Source: Candidatus Coprovivens sp.
GTDB taxonomy: Bacteria > Bacillota_I > Bacilli_A > RF39 > UBA660
Length of the DNA: 64,000 bases
Assembly (NCBI GenBank): GCA_051892935.1
Contig: JBJFGS010000038.1
Coordinates: 1-64,000, forward strand
Direction of reading: 5' to 3'
Shown here: piece after piece, positions 19,676-29,235 of the stretch
Layout: each line of letters begins with the position of its first letter
How positions within the stretch are numbered: position 1 is the stretch's first letter
Translations under genes and position numbers: made by a program
Notes under the pieces: model-generated
Seen by the model: the letters and a program-made list of their open reading frames with translations, nothing else
The model's database searches: none
What the model was told of the DNA's origin: nothing

Positions 19676-21364
19676 CTACCTTTTTTCAATATATATATAA
19701 TTAGATTCTTCTAAATAGTAAAAACTATCATCATCAATCATAATATATGGCTTTTTTTCATATAAAGGATTATATGCATATGATAATATTTCTTTACTAT
19801 CATTTAATATATATATCTTACCATCAGTTTTATTATATTTTAATTCTAAATCCCAAATATTATATGAAACATCCTGAATTTCAGTTAATTCATCCCCAGT
19901 ACTATAATCAAAATAAAGTTCAGAATCTAACGTTACAACAATAGTATTACCATTAACTAATTCAACAATAGGATAATCATTATAATCATAGCTACTTAAA
20001 TCTATTAATATTTTTTTATTCATATCTTCATCATATATAATTAGTTCTCCCGTTTTAAAAGAATAGGAATATAATATTTCTTCCACCCCAAATACATCAA
20101 AATCATATTTTTTAGATACACCTTTACTATCTATAAAATATATATATTCCGCTTTATATGAATAACCAGAACTTGCATATAAAGAACTTATTAAATAATA
20201 TTTATCATTTAACTTAATTGAATCAAATAATTTGGGATACAACAATGAATTACGATAATAATAATAATTATCATCCATATCATACTCATAATCAAAACCA
20301 GTAATTAATTCATAATCTTTATTCATTATAGCTAACTTACCATTTTTTGAAACAACATAATAATCTCTTTGAATATCAATCAATTCATAATTAAAATCAA
20401 CTAGTTTTTTTAATTTTTTATCGATAATGCCAACATTACCATTTTTTAAAGCTACATAACTATTATTATAAGTTGTATACAAATCATCATAAGAAGTACT
20501 AATTATTAATTCACCTTTATTTAAATCATATAAACCATATTTACCATCATTTTCATTTTTAACAACTACATAATTTGAATCTCTAGTGTAAATAGGAGCA
20601 TACTCATCATCACTTCCTAACACCAAATCTCCTTCAACCACAAGATCATTTAATATATTAGTTTTTTCATCTAAAGTAAATAATTCAGATTCACAAACAT
20701 TATTAAGATCTCCGTTTAAATAACAATAATTACCTACTATACCAACTAAATAATTATCAGTATAAAGAGGCACATAATAAACTCCCATCTTAGAAAATTC
20801 TTTAACCTCAACCATCTTTTCATTTTCTAAAACATATAAATTAAGAATTAAACTATCATCAGAATTACCCAAAGTAATTCCATATAATTTACCATTAATT
20901 CCTTCTACAAAATCATACTCCTCTTCATCAGTAGCTTCATATAAAACATTTAATTTTAAATCCATTATTTTAATAACAAAGTGTTCAGAATACTCAATTA
21001 AGTATTTATTATTAACTACTTCCAAATAATTATCTTCGTCAGATTTAGAATAGCTGAATACATTATAATCCTTATTATCACTTATAATAGCATTATCATC
21101 TTTTTTATTTCTTTCTATAGGTTTAGCATACTTTATAAATAACCAACCAACAAGTATCACAACTCCAATTATTAACACTATTATAAAGAAAGATTTTACT
21201 TCATCCCAAAATCTAACTTTCTTTTCTTTTTTTATATCTTCTTTCACTTCGTTTTCTACCAATCTATTAGCATTTTCAACATTTTGTTCTGTTTCTATAG
21301 TTTTAGTTTCAGCTACTTCATCTTTTTCATCACTAACTATTTCCATTTTCTTTTTTCTGGCCAT
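19676..21364 (-). CDS. WG-repeat surface protein
   Basis: TM anchor; GKYGLYD, GNVGIID, GKLAIMN repeats. Confidence 0.8.
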   Translation of the reverse strand: MARKKKMEIVSDEKDEVAETKTIETEQNVENANRLVENEVKEDIKKEKKVRFWDEVKSFFIIVLIIGVVILVGWLFIKYAKPIERNKKDDNAIISDNKDYNVFSYSKSDEDNYLEVVNNKYLIEYSEHFVIKIMDLKLNVLYEATDEEEYDFVEGINGKLYGITLGNSDDSLILNLYVLENEKMVEVKEFSKMGVYYVPLYTDNYLVGIVGNYCYLNGDLNNVCESELFTLDEKTNILNDLVVEGDLVLGSDDEYAPIYTRDSNYVVVKNENDGKYGLYDLNKGELIISTSYDDLYTTYNNSYVALKNGNVGIIDKKLKKLVDFNYELIDIQRDYYVVSKNGKLAIMNKDYELITGFDYEYDMDDNYYYYRNSLLYPKLFDSIKLNDKYYLISSLYASSGYSYKAEYIYFIDSKGVSKKYDFDVFGVEEILYSYSFKTGELIIYDEDMNKKILIDLSSYDYNDYPIVELVNGNTIVVTLDSELYFDYSTGDELTEIQDVSYNIWDLELKYNKTDGKIYILNDSKEILSYAYNPLYEKKPYIMIDDDSFYYLEESNYIYIEKR

Positions 21365-21423
21365 ATAAACACCTCATATTCTAATAAACTAATTATAACA
21401 AAAGAATAACAAAAAAAGAAGAT

Positions 21424-21657
21424 TTATTCTTCTATTTCAAAATCTTCTAATTCACCATTTTCTTTCAATATTTTATTTACTTGTTCTGTTGCACTATTTA
21501 ACTTATCGCTACATAATTTAGCTAATTTCATAGCATCACTATACTTGACAATTGCTTGATCCAAATCAACATTACCAGACTCTAGTTCTTTGACGATGTT
21601 TTCTAATTCAACTAAACTCTCTTCAAACTTTTTTTCTTCCACTTTTTCTTTTGCCAT
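21424..21657 (-). CDS. xseB: exodeoxyribonuclease VII small subunit
   Basis: FEESL.ELE.IV.ELESG..LD.AI..Y; directly after xseA. Confidence 0.95.
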   Translation of the reverse strand: MAKEKVEEKKFEESLVELENIVKELESGNVDLDQAIVKYSDAMKLAKLCSDKLNSATEQVNKILKENGELEDFEIEE

Positions 21658-21658
21658 T

Positions 21659-22990
21659 TTATAAAATCTCCTTAACTATTGCATTTACTTTTCCTTCATA
21701 CATCTTAATACATATAGTATCATTAACCTTTAATTCTTTTGTACTCTTAATTACATTATCTTCTAATGTAACTAAACTATAACCTTTACTTAAAATATTA
21801 AGTGGATTTAATAATTCCAACTTATTAATCACTACCTCATACTTATGATTACAAACATCAATCTTACTAATAATTATTTTATTAATCATTTTTTTCAAAT
21901 TAACTATTCTTTCTTTTTTTACTTCATAAGCCGAAAGAGGATTTTTTAATACATAACTTTTTTTCAAGGTATTTAATCTTACTTTATAATCACTTAATAT
22001 CTTAGAAATTATTGAGTTTACTCTTTCAATATACGTATCAAGTTTTTGCTCTTTAACTTCATAAAGTGCTAATGGATTCTTTAATACATATGATGATTTA
22101 ACACTATCCAATCTTCTAACATTATAATTAATAATACCTTTAATATTTTCATTTAATCTAATTCTATATTGTTCTAATAAAGTTTTTAAATCAACAAGAT
22201 TAGGTACAGCCATCTCAGCCGCACCAGTTGGCGTAGGTGCTCTTAAATCTGCAACGAAATCTGCAATTGTAAAATCAATCTCGTGCCCTACTGCTGAAAT
22301 AATAGGTATTTTAGATTCATAAATCGCCCTTGCAACAATTTCCTCATTAAACGCCCATAAGTCTTCAATAGAACCTCCACCACGTCCACAAATAATTACA
22401 TCTAAATCATATTCCTGAGCACGATTAATTTGTTCAACAATACTTTCTTTTGCACCAACACCTTGAACTAAAGCCGGAAAAAGTATAGTCTCACAAATTG
22501 GATATCTTCTTTTAATTGTACTCAAAATATCTCTAATAGCCGCACCAGTTGGCGCTGTAATAATTCCAATTTTTTTCGGATATTTTGGAATTTTTCTTTT
22601 ATGAAACGGATCAAATAATCCTTCTTGCTCCAACTTCTTTTTCAATTTTTCATATTCTAAATATAAATTACCAATTCCATCTAAATCCATTTGTTCAACA
22701 TATATTTGATATCCACCAGTAGCTTCATAAACAGTAACTCTACCACATACTAAGACTTTCATACCATCTTCTGGTTCAAAACTCATCTTACTAGCATTAG
22801 AAGCAAACATTACAGCAGCAATTCTACTATTCTCATCCTTCAAAGTAAAATAAAAATGTCCCCTTGTATGATGTTTAAAATTACTAATCTCGCCTTTTAT
22901 ATATACTCTATTTAGTTCAGGTTTACTATCAAACATATTCTTAATAGCTCTATTTAAAGCAGTAATACTATAATATCTAATATCATCCAT
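21659..22990 (-). CDS. xseA: exodeoxyribonuclease VII large subunit
   Basis: GEISNF..GHFYFTLKD, RGGGSIEDLWAFN, SAVGHE.D, RAPTPTGAAE. Confidence 0.98.
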   Translation of the reverse strand: MDDIRYYSITALNRAIKNMFDSKPELNRVYIKGEISNFKHHTRGHFYFTLKDENSRIAAVMFASNASKMSFEPEDGMKVLVCGRVTVYEATGGYQIYVEQMDLDGIGNLYLEYEKLKKKLEQEGLFDPFHKRKIPKYPKKIGIITAPTGAAIRDILSTIKRRYPICETILFPALVQGVGAKESIVEQINRAQEYDLDVIICGRGGGSIEDLWAFNEEIVARAIYESKIPIISAVGHEIDFTIADFVADLRAPTPTGAAEMAVPNLVDLKTLLEQYRIRLNENIKGIINYNVRRLDSVKSSYVLKNPLALYEVKEQKLDTYIERVNSIISKILSDYKVRLNTLKKSYVLKNPLSAYEVKKERIVNLKKMINKIIISKIDVCNHKYEVVINKLELLNPLNILSKGYSLVTLEDNVIKSTKELKVNDTICIKMYEGKVNAIVKEIL

Positions 22991-23015
22991 ATAATCACCA
23001 TCATCATATAAAATT

Positions 23016-23046
23016 TATTATATCAAACATTCGTTTTATAAACAAT
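23016..23046 (-). promoter_or_regulatory. xseA promoter with possible LexA (Cheo-like) operator
   Basis: TGATATAAT extended -10 preceded by inverted repeat AAAC-GAAT-GTTT. Confidence 0.45.
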
Positions 23047-23058
23047 AAAAAGACTTGA

Positions 23059-23964
23059 TTATCTACCAAATCTTTTCTTTATTTTAGCAAATGTATAAGG
23101 AATACTTCTAAATACACCATTAGTTTTAACACCATGCATAATTTGTGCTCTACTTTCCGCCTTATTTTTTCCTATTATATATTCATATATATTAATCCTA
23201 ACCGAATCCAAATCATTAAAATCTGTATCCATACTTTCTAAAAAGCCTAATAAATGAAGAGGTAACTCATTTAATCTAGATAATAAACGTTCATGAGAAA
23301 TAAATACTCTTCCATCATCTAAAGTTATAAGATAATCTTCGTCTAAAGGATACATTTCTTCCAGTTTATTAAAACTACCATCTACTATATTTTCAACTTT
23401 ACGAGGATTTTCAGCAATGGCCATTCTAGCATCTCCTAAATAAGACAAACCACATAATACATTATATATTTCATTTTTCGTAGTACATTCATCACTTAAT
23501 AAACAAGCAATCATTAACCCGCATTTCTTATTATACTCAATTGCATCTTTTATATCTTCTCTTGATTTAATCTCCATAACTGGTTTATGGAATCTTCCAG
23601 CAGTAAATAAATTATCCCAAGTATTTAATCCTCTTTTGAAATCTTCAACTTCTATAACTCCATATTTAAATGTATATTCTCCATCTCTAATTTCACTAAA
23701 ATAAGTTATATGATTTTTTCCTTTTAATTTAGAAATATTATTTCTACTTAAATGAATTCTTCCTATGAAAGAATAATCATTACTATTCATAAGCATATTT
23801 TCTCTATGCCATTCCTTTATATCAGGAACAATAAATATAACATCAGTTAATGGCTTACTACCAGTAGTATTACTTTGTTTAAACACTCCAGAGCCATAGC
23901 CATAAACGCCAATAGAATCGGGCCTTTTTAATGCAAACTCAGAAATTGCTTCTCCTTTTTCCAT
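23059..23964 (-). CDS. Tam41/Mmp37-family phosphatidate cytidylyltransferase (mitochondrial-type CDP-DAG synthase)
   Basis: YGSGVFKQ, D.IF.V, WH.EN...N..DYS, KYGVI, W..L..AGR.HKPV, LSYLGD.RM..AENP.KV.NIV. Confidence 0.9.
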   Translation of the reverse strand: MEKGEAISEFALKRPDSIGVYGYGSGVFKQSNTTGSKPLTDVIFIVPDIKEWHRENMLMNSNDYSFIGRIHLSRNNISKLKGKNHITYFSEIRDGEYTFKYGVIEVEDFKRGLNTWDNLFTAGRFHKPVMEIKSREDIKDAIEYNKKCGLMIACLLSDECTTKNEIYNVLCGLSYLGDARMAIAENPRKVENIVDGSFNKLEEMYPLDEDYLITLDDGRVFISHERLLSRLNELPLHLLGFLESMDTDFNDLDSVRINIYEYIIGKNKAESRAQIMHGVKTNGVFRSIPYTFAKIKKRFGR

Positions 23965-24041
23965 GGCATCATCTCCTTAAGAAATTCATTATACCATAAT
24001 TAATTCAATTTTAAAAAAAATATACACTAAAAATTGTAAAA

Positions 24042-24665
24042 TTACCCTATATAAACACTATTATTATATATTTTATCTAATTTTGAATCAGGATATTTTC
24101 TATCTATATATTTCTCGAAAATATTTTTTGATTCAATACCTTCTTTTCTCATTCGTTGTCTATAACAAGCAAAAGATGAAACAATAACATCAAAAATGAA
24201 AAACAAAAATACTACTAAAGTCATTATATAAAATAATATATCATTAGTATGAGAATCCATTAATAAAACAACATTATTAATTTGTTTTATTAATAATACA
24301 GAAAACAAACCAAATCCAATAGAATATACTAAATTAACTCTCCCATTTAAATTAAACTTATAATCCGAATAATCCCAACTTTTTGTATGAAAAATTTTTT
24401 CTTGAATATAACTACAACTATATTCAACAAAAGTTGCAACTACAGCTCCAACTATAAATACCTTCCATAAGTTATATCCAACTCTATCAGCAATAAGAAC
24501 TATAATAAAAGAAGCAAATCCATATATAGGTATTAAAGGCATATGTATCAAACTAGATCTAATTTGAAAACATTTATTTCTAATTAAACACCAAATTTCT
24601 TCAATAATACATCCCATAAAAGAACCAATTAAAAATACCCAAAAACATTTAACTAAAGTCTTCAA
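24042..24665 (-). CDS. putative ABC transporter permease (CmpB/TMEM229 family)
   Basis: FLIGSFMG..IE, P.IPIYG, WDYS...FNLNGRV. Confidence 0.85.
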   Translation of the reverse strand: MKTLVKCFWVFLIGSFMGCIIEEIWCLIRNKCFQIRSSLIHMPLIPIYGFASFIIVLIADRVGYNLWKVFIVGAVVATFVEYSCSYIQEKIFHTKSWDYSDYKFNLNGRVNLVYSIGFGLFSVLLIKQINNVVLLMDSHTNDILFYIMTLVVFLFFIFDVIVSSFACYRQRMRKEGIESKNIFEKYIDRKYPDSKLDKIYNNSVYIG

Positions 24666-24674
24666 CGCAACTCA

Positions 24675-24797
24675 CTACTCCATTACCAATAACTTTATCT
24701 CCGTACTATTCATTTTCTTTTTATTATCAAAATAATATTTATTATAAAAATTTAATTTAACAAATAATTTTCTAAAATTCATTATTGTCATATACAT
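24675..24797 (-). CDS. possible 40-aa small ORF (not in ORF track)
   Basis: MYMTIMNFRKLFVKLNFYNKYYFDNKKKMNSTEIKLLVME fills almost the whole gap between the alarmone synthetase and permease genes; RBS distant. Confidence 0.35.
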   Translation of the reverse strand: MYMTIMNFRKLFVKLNFYNKYYFDNKKKMNSTEIKLLVME

Positions 24798-24802
24798 ATT
24801 TT

Positions 24803-25447
24803 TTATATTTTATCATCTCCTTCTTGTAATAATTTAATTTCATTTTCTTTATTAACTAAATCCATCATTTCTTCATCAATATCATGTAATTGACTACTAA
24901 TATTAACTAGTTTTTTACTTATATCATCAGTACAATAATCACTTTTATATTTCAATTTATGTTCCAAACTAGCCCATAAATCCATAGCTAATGTTCTAAT
25001 TTGAATCTCTGCTTTAACCATTACTTTTTCATTAATTAATTCAACAGGAACTTCTACTATTAAATGATAACTTCTATAACCTGTATTTTTAGGATTAGTA
25101 ATAAAATCTTTCTCTTTTATTACATGAATTATATTACTATTCCTTATTATATTAATTAATTCAAAAACATCTGATTCAAAAGCACATATTATTCTTACTC
25201 CAACTATATCATTTATATACTTTTCAACATTATCTAAAGTAAAATCCAAATTATCTTTATATAATTTATTTATTATAGAATCAGCACTTTTTATCCTAGT
25301 TTTTATATGTTCAATCGGATTATATTTTTTTATATACTTGAAATCATCATTAATAATCTCAAGTTGTGTTTCTAACACTTTTAATGCTGATATGTATTTG
25401 ATCATTACATTATCTAATTTTTTTAATTCTTCATCAATAGTATTCAA
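24803..25447 (-). CDS. small alarmone synthetase (RelP/RelQ-type GTP pyrophosphokinase)
   Basis: NPIEHIKTRIKS..SI..K, DIVGVRIIC, KDFI..PK.TGYRSYH, EIQIRTLAMD.WASLEH..KYK. Confidence 0.93.
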   Translation of the reverse strand: MNTIDEELKKLDNVMIKYISALKVLETQLEIINDDFKYIKKYNPIEHIKTRIKSADSIINKLYKDNLDFTLDNVEKYINDIVGVRIICAFESDVFELINIIRNSNIIHVIKEKDFITNPKNTGYRSYHLIVEVPVELINEKVMVKAEIQIRTLAMDLWASLEHKLKYKSDYCTDDISKKLVNISSQLHDIDEEMMDLVNKENEIKLLQEGDDKI

Positions 25448-25528
25448 ACTATTCCTCCTCTAAATATAATTATATTCTTAAAATTTTAATATTTTATTAT
25501 ATAAATATTAAAATTGATTAAAAAGATA

Positions 25529-25559
25529 AAAAAAGCTGACCTGTAATACAAATCAACTT
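25529..25559 (-). terminator. intrinsic terminator upstream of alarmone synthetase
   Basis: AAGTTGATTTG-TATTA-CAGGTCAGCTT-TTTTT. Confidence 0.7.
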
Positions 25560-25699
25560 CTATTTTCACTTCTTAACGTGTTCTAAATATAACATATTTA
25601 CTTCATATATAAAAGATATAATTATATATACTTTACATAATTTCAATAAGCAATTTTCAATATTTAATACCTTATATTAAAGCACCTCATAAAACATTC

Positions 25700-26587
25700 T
25701 TATTCAAAAGTATAAGATACTAGTATGAATTCTTCATCTACTTTTTTAAAAACATAAGTATAAGTAATCATCTTATCATTATCAAGATTATTAAAGTCTA
25801 CTTCAGAATAATAGTTTTCTACTTCTTCATATGTTTCCCACTTATAATCTATTATTGGCGTTCTTAATTCATCCATATCCTTATAAGTTTTGTAAAATGT
25901 TGTAACAGGACCAACATCTTGACAACGTCCAAAAGCTTTTTTTACTTCAACTGTATATATATTATCCTTAACTTCTAACTTAACTATTCTGTTTAAAATA
26001 TAAGAATAATAAGAACCTAAGCCATGTCCACCATGTTCTTCATTTGGAACAAATGCTTTTTTATTTTCATCATATAAATATAATGGTGATTCATCAGTTG
26101 AAAAATGACAATTAATATTTTCTGGTTCAACATCTATTCCAAAGTAAGTTTGTGTAACAAAGTTAATTTCTTCTAAAGTATGAACATCAGAATATCCCAA
26201 ATAGTCAAGTGCAAATAACAATAATTCTTGATTTGTAAAATCTTCTACACTATTAATATTCCTACTAACTTGCTCAATTCTTGCTAAATCTTCAATTCTC
26301 ATTTTAATTTTTTCAAAATCTCCAACATATACTTCATTTTCCTCATTAACTTCATTCTTATTCTCGTTATTAGATTGATCATTACATTTATATTCAGTTT
26401 CTTTTCCATCAATTTCTTCTTTAAAATCATTATATAATAAATAAGATCCAATAATAAATCCCACAAAGAAAACAACAATAAGAACTAAAGTAGCAACAAA
26501 AACTTTTATATAATACTTTCTATTATCACATTCTTTATTACATTCACAGCAATTTTTTGATTTTTTTTCATCTAAGACTTTTTTCAT
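25700..26587 (-). CDS. membrane-anchored extracellular hypothetical protein
   Basis: Single TM, HGGHG motif; TTGACA and TGTTATAAAAT promoter elements upstream. Confidence 0.75.
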   Translation of the reverse strand: MKKVLDEKKSKNCCECNKECDNRKYYIKVFVATLVLIVVFFVGFIIGSYLLYNDFKEEIDGKETEYKCNDQSNNENKNEVNEENEVYVGDFEKIKMRIEDLARIEQVSRNINSVEDFTNQELLLFALDYLGYSDVHTLEEINFVTQTYFGIDVEPENINCHFSTDESPLYLYDENKKAFVPNEEHGGHGLGSYYSYILNRIVKLEVKDNIYTVEVKKAFGRCQDVGPVTTFYKTYKDMDELRTPIIDYKWETYEEVENYYSEVDFNNLDNDKMITYTYVFKKVDEEFILVSYTFE

Positions 26588-26688
26588 AACGACACTCCTA
26601 CTCTACAAAAATTTTATAACAAATAAATATTTTGTGTCAATATTAAAGACATCAAGCATAAAAAAATAAGAAATTGACAATCAATTTC

Positions 26689-29235
26689 TTATTTAATTTG
26701 TTCCAATCTATCTAAAACAACTTTTAGCTTAGCTTCTTCTTGAACTAAACTTTCTCTTTCTTGATTAACAATCTTCTCCGGTGCTTTAGCTACATAGTTT
26801 TCATTAGAAAGTAATTTATTTCTTCTAGCAATACTAGCTTCCAAACTTTCCTTCTCTTTAGTTAAATTTTCTAATTCTTCACCCTTTTGTTTAGAATCGT
26901 CATAACAAATAACCAATCTATATTTATCAAGTGTTACTTCTAAATTACCAGATAACTCACTTGAATCAACTCTTTTATCAGTTAATTTTAACATTTTTAA
27001 TATAAGTTCATTATCTATATTAGTAATAACTTCAAACTCACTTCCAATATTAGCTTCAGCTTTCTTATTTCTAAATAAAGCAATATATTCAATAATTAAA
27101 TCAACTTCTTTTTTTGCTTCTTTAAATACTAACTTTTTATCATATTTAGGATAGTCACCTATCATAATAGATTCAGCATCTTTAATTGGTAACATTTGAT
27201 ATATTTCTTCAGTAACAAAAGGCATAAATGGATGTAACATTTTTATAATACCAGTTAATACAGTATATAAAACACTCTTAGTAGTATTACTATCTAAATT
27301 AAACTTAGCAAATTCAATATAACTACTGCAGAAATCATCCCAAATAAAACTATATAACTCAGAGCCTACTAAATTAAATTCATATTTATCCATATGCTTA
27401 ATAGTACTTTTAAGCACTTCTTCATATTTAGTTAATATCCATTTATCTTCATCTTTTAAATTAGTTAATGATATTTCTTCCATACCATCTAAATTTAACA
27501 AAACAAATCTTGAAGCATTCCATAATTTATTAATAAAATTCCAAGTACTAGCAACCTTTTCTTTATCAAATCTTAAATCAGTACCCATAGCAACATCAGT
27601 AGCTAAATAAAACCTCAAAGAATCTGCTCCATATTCGTCAATTAAATCCATAGGATCAACACCATTACCTAAAGACTTAGACATTTTACGTCCTTCTTTG
27701 TCTCTAATTAATCCATGAATCAAACAATCTTTAAATGGTCTTACTCCTGTAACATGTTCAGCTTGAAATACCATTCTAGCTACCCAGAAAAATATAATAT
27801 CATAAGCTGTAACTAATACATCATTAGGATAGAATCTTTCCATATCCTCTGTTTTTTCTGGCCAACCAAGCGTACTAAATGGCCATAAGGCTGAACTAAA
27901 CCAAGTATCAAGTACATCATTATCTTGTACCCAACCTTCCCCTTTAGGCGCTTCCATACCTACATATATTTCATCATCTTTATACCAAGCAGGAATTCTA
28001 TGTCCCCACCACAATTGTCTAGAAATACACCAATCATAACTAATTTCCATCCAATGATTTAGAATTTTCTCAAATCTCTCAGGTACAAAATTAACTTTTT
28101 CATCTTTTTTAGCTTGAGTTTCTAATACATGCTTAGATAAATCCCCCATTTTAACAAACCATTGTTTTGATAAATAAGGTTCCACCATAACTCCAGTTCT
28201 TTCACTATGTCCAACAGAGTGAGTCATTGGTTCAACACTTAACAGCAACCCAGCTTTCTCCAAGTCTTTTAGTAACTCTTCTCTACACATTTCTCTACTC
28301 ATACCTTGATATCCCAAAGCATTAGAATTCATTGTTCCATCAGGGTTCATCACTATAACTCTCTCTAAATTATGTCTATTACCAACTTCAAAATCGTTTG
28401 GATCATGAGCAGGTGTAATTTTAACACAACCAGTTCCAAATTCTGGATCAGCATGCTCATCATCTATAATAGGTATAGCTTTTCCAACAATAGGTAAAAT
28501 AACATTTTTTCCAATTAAATGATTATATCTTTCATCTTCTGGATTAACAGCTACAGCAGTATCTCCAAATAACGTTTCAGGTCTAGTAGTTGCAACATCT
28601 AAGTAATCATCTGTTCCTTCAACAACATATTTTAAATGATAGAAAGCACCTTCTACATCTTTATAAATAACTTCTTCATTAGATAATGCAGTTTGTGCTT
28701 GAGGATCCCAATTTATAATCTTTTCTCCTCTATAAATAATACCTTCATTATAATAATCTACAAATACTTTAGTAACTGCTTTATTCAATCCCTCATCTAA
28801 AGTAAATCTTTCTTTATTATAATCTACAGATATACCAACTTTAGCCCATTGATCTCTTATATTTCCTCCATACTCGTGTGTCCAGTCCCAACAAGCTTCC
28901 AAAAATTTTTCTCTACCATATTCATATTTATCAATACCCATTTCCTTAAGTTTCTTAACAACTTTTGCTTCAGTTGCTATCGCAGCATGATCCATACCAG
29001 GTAGCCATAAACAATCAAAACCTTGTAATCTCTTATAACGAATAATAATATCTTGAATAGATACATCCATTGCATGACCTAAATGTAACTTACCAGTAAC
29101 ATTTGGTGGAGGAATAACTATGCAAAAAGGGTCTTTACTTTTATCTCCAGAATTAAAATATCCAGCTTTTTTCCAATTTTCATACTTTCCTTCTTCTATT
29201 TTAGAATGATTATACTTAGTTTCAATTTCTTTCAT
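26689..29235 (-). CDS. valS: valine--tRNA ligase
   Basis: PPPNVTGKLHLGH, DWCISRQLWWGHRIP, KMSKS, C-terminal coiled-coil arm. Confidence 0.99.
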   Translation of the reverse strand: MKEIETKYNHSKIEEGKYENWKKAGYFNSGDKSKDPFCIVIPPPNVTGKLHLGHAMDVSIQDIIIRYKRLQGFDCLWLPGMDHAAIATEAKVVKKLKEMGIDKYEYGREKFLEACWDWTHEYGGNIRDQWAKVGISVDYNKERFTLDEGLNKAVTKVFVDYYNEGIIYRGEKIINWDPQAQTALSNEEVIYKDVEGAFYHLKYVVEGTDDYLDVATTRPETLFGDTAVAVNPEDERYNHLIGKNVILPIVGKAIPIIDDEHADPEFGTGCVKITPAHDPNDFEVGNRHNLERVIVMNPDGTMNSNALGYQGMSREMCREELLKDLEKAGLLLSVEPMTHSVGHSERTGVMVEPYLSKQWFVKMGDLSKHVLETQAKKDEKVNFVPERFEKILNHWMEISYDWCISRQLWWGHRIPAWYKDDEIYVGMEAPKGEGWVQDNDVLDTWFSSALWPFSTLGWPEKTEDMERFYPNDVLVTAYDIIFFWVARMVFQAEHVTGVRPFKDCLIHGLIRDKEGRKMSKSLGNGVDPMDLIDEYGADSLRFYLATDVAMGTDLRFDKEKVASTWNFINKLWNASRFVLLNLDGMEEISLTNLKDEDKWILTKYEEVLKSTIKHMDKYEFNLVGSELYSFIWDDFCSSYIEFAKFNLDSNTTKSVLYTVLTGIIKMLHPFMPFVTEEIYQMLPIKDAESIMIGDYPKYDKKLVFKEAKKEVDLIIEYIALFRNKKAEANIGSEFEVITNIDNELILKMLKLTDKRVDSSELSGNLEVTLDKYRLVICYDDSKQKGEELENLTKEKESLEASIARRNKLLSNENYVAKAPEKIVNQERESLVQEEAKLKVVLDRLEQIK

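Noticed and set aside
24803-25447. Toxic alarmone synthetase (toxSAS) toxin-antitoxin system
   Set aside because: Sequence looks like an ordinary RelP/RelQ-type enzyme and no recognisable antitoxin is adjacent
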